DNA from: Nitrososphaeraceae archaeon
GTDB taxonomy: Archaea; Thermoproteota; Nitrososphaeria; Nitrososphaerales; Nitrososphaeraceae
DNA: 64,000 nt
Reading direction: 5' to 3'
NCBI GenBank assembly: GCA_044870765.1
Contig: JBIOZG010000005.1
Location: 1 to 64,000, forward strand
Position numbers and translations under genes: made by a program
Notes under the pieces: model-generated
Told to the model about the DNA's origin: nothing
What the model saw: the letters and a program-made list of their open reading frames with translations, nothing else
Databases searched by the model: none
Part shown: positions 59,042-64,000 of the stretch, piece by piece
How positions within the stretch are numbered: position 1 is the stretch's first letter
Layout of the letters: every line of letters begins with the position of its first letter

Positions 59042-59179
59042 TTACTTTCCTATTCTGAACATTTTTGTACCGCAAGTCGAACATATTCCTTGTGTTGCTG
59101 GTTTTCCATTTTTCATAGTTATCTTTTTCTCATCATTCATAATCCTTTTTTGTTTACACTTTACACAGTATCCTTCCAT
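59042..59179 (-). CDS. 45-aa DUF5679-like zinc-binding basic protein
   Basis: MEGYCVKCKQKRIMNDEKKITMKNGKPATQGICSTCGTKMFRIGK*. Confidence 0.88.
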   Translation of the reverse strand: MEGYCVKCKQKRIMNDEKKITMKNGKPATQGICSTCGTKMFRIGK

Positions 59180-59457
59180 AAAAAATAGATTTCACGTGTA
59201 AATAAAAACATTGTGCATACGGGCTTTTTTTGGTCAAAAACATGAGGATTTTTGTTCCAATTAGGAAAACTATATTAATTTTGAACTCCTATTATACTTT
59301 TTAGCTAATACAAGCCAAATATGCTATCATAGAGTTTTGATTCATCATATTCTAATAACTTTCAATTGTTTGCAGTTTTTATGATAAATTGTAAGTGCTC
59401 AAATATGGGTAATATTTTGAAAATTTATAAGTAATCTCAAACTTCGTTCATTGTTAA

Positions 59458-60372
59458 ATGAAAATTACCGTAATCGGAGCCGGACGTGTAGGCTCTTCTG
59501 TGGCCATAAATTGCTCGATGAGAGAATTAGGTGATGTGATGCTTCTTGATATTGTCGAAGGTCTTCCTCAAGGCGAGGCAATGGATATTAACCATCAACT
59601 TGCTGAACGAGGAATAGATTTGACAGTTACTGGCTCTAATAACTATGAGGAAATGAAAGGATCCGAATTTGTAATAGTTGTAGCAGGTGTCGGTAGAAAG
59701 CCCGGTATGACGCGTATGGACCTGCTTAAAACAAACGCTGACATAGTAAAGGGAGTATGCAATAAAATCAAATCCTTTGCTCATGATTCAAAGATTATAG
59801 TAGTAACAAATCCGTTAGACCCATTAACATATCTTGTAATCAAATCACTGCAAGGACAACGAAACAAGATAATGGGGATGGGGGGAATGTTAGACCTGTC
59901 TAGATTTAAGGAGCACATCAGTACGGTAACCAGAATATCTCGAGAATCAATTCAGGCAATGGTCATAAGTGAACATGGTGAGAATATGCTGCCACTTGTT
60001 AGATTCTCAAGTATGGGTGGGATACCATTGCGTGAATTCATAACCCCAGAACAATCAGAAGATCTTGCCACAAAGACAAAAAAGATAGCAGCTGAAGTAA
60101 TTTCTTTAAAAGGCGCAACTGTTTATGCTCCAGGAAATGCTGTCTCAACTATGGTCGAGAGCATCGTAAAGAATAAAAGGACAATACTTCCTGTGTCAGC
60201 CCTGCTTGAAGGAGAATATGGATACAGTGACGTTTGCATTGGGGTACCATGTGTACTTGGAAATGAAGGTATTGAAAAAATAATCGAGTTAAAATTAAAT
60301 GAAAATGAACTAAAGATCTTTGACTTGGGAGTTCAGAGTGTAAAAGGCGCAATAAAGAGCCTTTCACTATGA
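59458..60372 (+). CDS. mdh: Malate dehydrogenase (LDH-like)
   Basis: GAGRVG, RKPGMTRMDL, VTNPLD, LDLSRF, EHGE. Confidence 0.95.
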   Translation: MKITVIGAGRVGSSVAINCSMRELGDVMLLDIVEGLPQGEAMDINHQLAERGIDLTVTGSNNYEEMKGSEFVIVVAGVGRKPGMTRMDLLKTNADIVKGVCNKIKSFAHDSKIIVVTNPLDPLTYLVIKSLQGQRNKIMGMGGMLDLSRFKEHISTVTRISRESIQAMVISEHGENMLPLVRFSSMGGIPLREFITPEQSEDLATKTKKIAAEVISLKGATVYAPGNAVSTMVESIVKNKRTILPVSALLEGEYGYSDVCIGVPCVLGNEGIEKIIELKLNENELKIFDLGVQSVKGAIKSLSL

Positions 60373-60421
60373 CTTCTTGTACCCTTAGAATCCCTGAAAA
60401 ATAAAATGAAATCGTGAGGAA

Positions 60422-61222
60422 ATGGAAATTAAGAAAATCTTAGAAAAATTAAGGCGAGGTGAAATAACAGTCGCAACGGCAGAACAGGAATTGCGACTAT
60501 ATTCAATTGAATACGTGGAAAATAACTTGGCTAAAATAGATCCACTGCGAGAGGCAAGAAGTGCAAAACCAGAAGTGATTCTTGCTCAAGGAAAACAGTA
60601 CAAAGACCTTCTCAAAATTATTAGAGCAACTGTATCAAGGAAAAAATTTGCTTTAGTAAGTAAAGTGAGTCCAGAGTACATGAAAAAGTTATGTAAAGAA
60701 TTTGAAAAACAAGAGTTCAAAATTTACAGAGGGATCAATACACTACTAGTTTCGAGCACACAACATAAATTTCCCAAAAGAAATGGCAGAGTGGGAGTAC
60801 TTTGTGCTGGAACTTCGGATATTAAAATTGCCGAAGAAGCGAAAATTATGGCAGAAGTGATGGGTAGCAAAACCATGATTGAATACGACGTCGGAATAGC
60901 TGGTATTCACAGAACAATAAATGCAGTTGCCCATATGATAAAGTCTAAGGTTCAGGTTATCGTGGTCGTAGCCGGTATGGAAGGTGCACTTGCTTCTTTT
61001 GTTTCTTCGGTTACCGATATACCAGTTATAGGGGTTCCAACCTCAATCGGGTATGGGTATGGCTCAGATGGAATTGCAGCACTGGCCTCGATGCTCCAAA
61101 CATGTTCTATGGGAATGACAGTTGTAAACATCGATAATGGGATAGGTGCTGGCGCTTTTGCAGCAATGGTAGCAAATAAGATGTCAAATGAATCCAAATA
61201 CAGCGATAATGAAGATTTATAA
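60422..61222 (+). CDS. larB: Nickel-pincer cofactor biosynthesis protein LarB (PurE-like)
   Basis: AGTSD, DVGIAGIHR, AGMEGAL, VPTSIGYG, VVNIDNG. Confidence 0.9.
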   Translation: MEIKKILEKLRRGEITVATAEQELRLYSIEYVENNLAKIDPLREARSAKPEVILAQGKQYKDLLKIIRATVSRKKFALVSKVSPEYMKKLCKEFEKQEFKIYRGINTLLVSSTQHKFPKRNGRVGVLCAGTSDIKIAEEAKIMAEVMGSKTMIEYDVGIAGIHRTINAVAHMIKSKVQVIVVVAGMEGALASFVSSVTDIPVIGVPTSIGYGYGSDGIAALASMLQTCSMGMTVVNIDNGIGAGAFAAMVANKMSNESKYSDNEDL

Positions 61223-61282
61223 GTAATTCATATAATTGTCAATTTTATAAATAGGATAGATAGATAGGTGAGTTTTTAGTTT

Positions 61283-61945
61283 ATGGTTTATACTTCGACA
61301 TTTAGGAGAATAAGAGAGAGAAAAACTAACTACAGGAAAAGGGAGAAATTACTTGTAGGTAAAAAGGATTTTGTAACTGTTAATGTCAGTGATCAAAACA
61401 TCTCAGCGCAGTTAATTAGACCAGAACTTCTGGGAGATAAAGTGATGGCCTCTGTACATAGTAACGAACTTCTATCATACGGATGGAAAGGTTCACGTAA
61501 AAATATTCCCTCATGTTATCTGGTCGGTCTCTTATTAGGTAAAAAATGTCTTCAAAAGAAAATTTCTAGTGCAATTTTGTATATTGGCAAGAGACATTTT
61601 ACGACGAAAATTGCGGCATGCTTGAAGGGATTATCAGAAGCTGGCCTGGAACTACCTTTTTCAGAAAGTATTCTTCCTTCTGAAGATAGAATTCAGGGAA
61701 ATCACATAGCTGATTACGCTAAAAAACTAAAAGCAAATGATGACATGTACAAATCAAGATTTTCATCCAACTTGGGTTCAGGACTGGAACCAGAAAAATA
61801 TCCTAGTCATTTTTCAGAAGTAAAGGATAAAATAGTTCACGATAAGGCTGAAAAAGAAAAGGAATCTGAAAAAACAATGAAAACTACCACTAAATCTAAA
61901 ACAAAATCTAAATTGTCCAAGAAAAAGGAGATTCAAAATGAGTAG
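61283..61945 (+). CDS. rpl18: 50S ribosomal protein L18
   Basis: RRIRERKTNYRKR, NIPSCYLVG, RIQGNHIADYA. Confidence 0.95.
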   Translation: MVYTSTFRRIRERKTNYRKREKLLVGKKDFVTVNVSDQNISAQLIRPELLGDKVMASVHSNELLSYGWKGSRKNIPSCYLVGLLLGKKCLQKKISSAILYIGKRHFTTKIAACLKGLSEAGLELPFSESILPSEDRIQGNHIADYAKKLKANDDMYKSRFSSNLGSGLEPEKYPSHFSEVKDKIVHDKAEKEKESEKTMKTTTKSKTKSKLSKKKEIQNE

Positions 61946-62552
61946 CTCAAGAAATGAACAGGCTACAGTATGGAAACCTCGTACGACTCTAGGACAGATG
62001 GTAATTGAAAATAAAATAAGTTCAATGGAACAGATTTACGAAAATGGTATGCGTATTCAGGAATCTGAAATAGTAAAACACTTGCTTCCGGACATTAAGA
62101 GTCAAGTTGTACACGTTGGAATAGTCCAGAAACAAACTGACGCTGGTGAGATGACCAGATTTAGTGCCCTTGTTGCTGTAGGCAATGAAGCAGGATGGTT
62201 TGGAATAGGAATGGGCAAGGCTTCACAAATGAGAATTGCTATTGACAAGGCAACAATTAATTCATATCTTCATATAATTCCGGTGAAACTTGGTTGTGGC
62301 AGTTGGGAATGCCGATGTACACAGCCACATTCTATACCCTTCAATGTTAGAGGAAGAGGCGGAAGTGTAAAAGTAGAAATTCTGCCAGGACCAAGAGGAC
62401 TTGGACTCGTTGCAGGAGAAAATATCAAAAATCTATTAAAGCTTGCCGGAATTAAGGATGCATGGACAAAATCATTCGGATCCACGAATACAATGACTTC
62501 TACTGCGATGGCAATTTTTAACGCATTAAACTCGACGTATATTACAGGATGA
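61938..62552 (+). CDS. rps5: 30S ribosomal protein S5
   Basis: WKPRTTLG, QKQTDAGE, GCGSWEC, PGPRGLG. Confidence 0.96.
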   Translation: MSSSRNEQATVWKPRTTLGQMVIENKISSMEQIYENGMRIQESEIVKHLLPDIKSQVVHVGIVQKQTDAGEMTRFSALVAVGNEAGWFGIGMGKASQMRIAIDKATINSYLHIIPVKLGCGSWECRCTQPHSIPFNVRGRGGSVKVEILPGPRGLGLVAGENIKNLLKLAGIKDAWTKSFGSTNTMTSTAMAIFNALNSTYITG

Positions 62553-62555
62553 AAA

Positions 62556-63020
62556 ATGGCATTTTTAGTAGTTAGAATGAGAGGAACAGTAAATGTCCCG
62601 TTTTGGGCATTGACCACCTTAAAAAATCTCTATTTGAACAAAAAGTTTTCGGCTACTCTAGTACCCGAAACTTCGGATTACTTGGGAATGTTAAGGAAAA
62701 TAAATCAATGGGTGGCATGGTCAAAGGCAGATTCAGAAATCGTAAAAACGCTGATTGAGAAAAGGGGCAAAAAGAAAACTCCAAAATTAGATACAAAGAA
62801 AGAAAGTGGGAGAAAAGATGAATACAAGGGAATTGATGAATTAGTTGATGTTATTGTAAATGACAAAATAAAATTTTCAGACCAAAATAATATAAAACCT
62901 TGGTTTAGTTTGAATCCCCCCAAGGGCGGTTTTAAAAGGAAAAGCAAAAAACAATTCTCAGATGGCGGTATCCTCGGGAATAACAAAAATTTGCTTGAAA
63001 TTGTAAAAAGAATGGTATAG
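62556..63020 (+). CDS. rpl30: 50S ribosomal protein L30
   Basis: VVRMRG, GMLRKI..VAW, FSLNPPKGG. Confidence 0.94.
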   Translation: MAFLVVRMRGTVNVPFWALTTLKNLYLNKKFSATLVPETSDYLGMLRKINQWVAWSKADSEIVKTLIEKRGKKKTPKLDTKKESGRKDEYKGIDELVDVIVNDKIKFSDQNNIKPWFSLNPPKGGFKRKSKKQFSDGGILGNNKNLLEIVKRMV

Positions 63021-63090
63021 GTTGATTGAACAACATATGAGTTTTACATTTATATTTACACCTTCTCTTATTCAATAAGGTATATCGCAT

Positions 63091-63525
63091 ATGGCAACTA
63101 GGTTTAGAAAAAGCAGAAAACAGCGAGGTACAAGGTATTGCGGTTGGGGTCAGATAGGTCAACATCGACAATCTGGTAGCCGGGGAGGAATTGGCGGCGG
63201 TGGAAAACATAAGCATTTTTGGATACGGACGGTAATCGAAGAACCAGACCATTTTGGACATGATACTCTTAATTCATATAGTCGATTTTTGGTTAAAAAA
63301 TGGATAAATCTAAGAGACTTGAAGAATCTGTCTTTGAGACAGCCTCATAAAAAAGACGAAAAACCTGTTCTAGATCTTAGGTCATTGGGAATTCAAAAAC
63401 TCTTGGGCGGCGGAAATATCAGTGAAAGTTATGTTATTAAAGTAGCACAAGTATCTGCTAGTGCTAAAAAGAAAATAGAATCCGCAGGAGGGAGCATAAT
63501 TTCAAATGAGCACAGTGCACAATGA
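63091..63525 (+). CDS. rpl15: 50S ribosomal protein L15
   Basis: RGTRYCGWG, GSRGG, KLLGGG, AKKKIESAGG. Confidence 0.95.
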   Translation: MATRFRKSRKQRGTRYCGWGQIGQHRQSGSRGGIGGGGKHKHFWIRTVIEEPDHFGHDTLNSYSRFLVKKWINLRDLKNLSLRQPHKKDEKPVLDLRSLGIQKLLGGGNISESYVIKVAQVSASAKKKIESAGGSIISNEHSAQ

Positions 63526-64000
63526 AAGCATAATAAGATCGGTAATCAAAAAAGTCTCAGCTTATATTCCTCAAGTAGAGAAACCTAAAAAGAAAATTGG
63601 GCTTAGTGAAAAATTCATTTGGTGTGGTATTGCACTATTCGCGTATCTTGTAATGGGTCAAATCCCACTATATGGAGTAACAGACTCTCCAAAATTTGAT
63701 TTTTTGGCGTTTGCTAGGGTTATTTTCGCTGCACAACAAGGAACGTTACTGGAATTAGGTATTGGACCAATTGTAACTGCTGGTCTGTTGATGCAGTTAT
63801 TAAAAGGCTCAGAATTAATAAAATTAAATTTTAAGGATCCTGACGATAGATCTCTATTTACTTCTGCAACAAAGATAGTTACCATTATAGTTATCATTGC
63901 AGAAGGGACCTTGTATGGTGTCAGTGTATATGGAGGACTGCTTTCGCATCCCAGCTTAATCCCAGTGTTAATTGCTCAACTTGTAGGAGCTAGTATTGTT
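63506..64000 (+). CDS. secY: Preprotein translocase SecY (5' part, runs off window)
   Basis: MSTVHNESIIRSVIKKVSAYIPQVEKP..MGQIPLYG..QGTLLELGIGPIVTAG. Confidence 0.96.
   Translation, partial: MSTVHNESIIRSVIKKVSAYIPQVEKPKKKIGLSEKFIWCGIALFAYLVMGQIPLYGVTDSPKFDFLAFARVIFAAQQGTLLELGIGPIVTAGLLMQLLKGSELIKLNFKDPDDRSLFTSATKIVTIIVIIAEGTLYGVSVYGGLLSHPSLIPVLIAQLVGASIV

Overview
AT-rich archaeal chromosome segment. Gene content, frequent TTG/GTG starts, apparently leaderless genes and tRNA style point to an ammonia-oxidising archaeon of the Nitrososphaerales, probably Ca. Nitrosocosmicus-like (inference). Most of the window is housekeeping: RPA, Lhr helicase, MenA-like prenyltransferase, BirA, TrpE, PurM/PurU, aIF2-gamma, aIF5B, many ribosomal proteins, CCA/ThpR/archease, RpoP, FtsY, ArgF/ArgH, SdhABCD, HisS, Mdh, LarB and the start of secY. 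No CRISPR array, IS or provirus is visible. The main signals missed by the ORF track are: (1) a fluoride riboswitch with an SD-sequestering hairpin in front of a crcB/Fluc gene that is broken by one extra base in a T7 run; (2) a 31-aa, 11-Cys metallothionein-like ORF in a small-ORF island next to the antiporter/crcB locus; (3) several other unannotated Cys/His micro-proteins; (4) three intron-containing tRNAs, including tRNA-Gln with an intron at 10/11 and tRNA-Leu with two non-canonical introns; (5) a divergent paralog pair (Excalibur-domain secreted protein and a frameshifted copy) around a perfect 20-bp palindrome; (6) an arcadin-1-like gene; (7) two complementary 'incomplete' nucleotide-sugar dehydrogenases. 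All family assignments are from motif recognition by eye; no database search was run.
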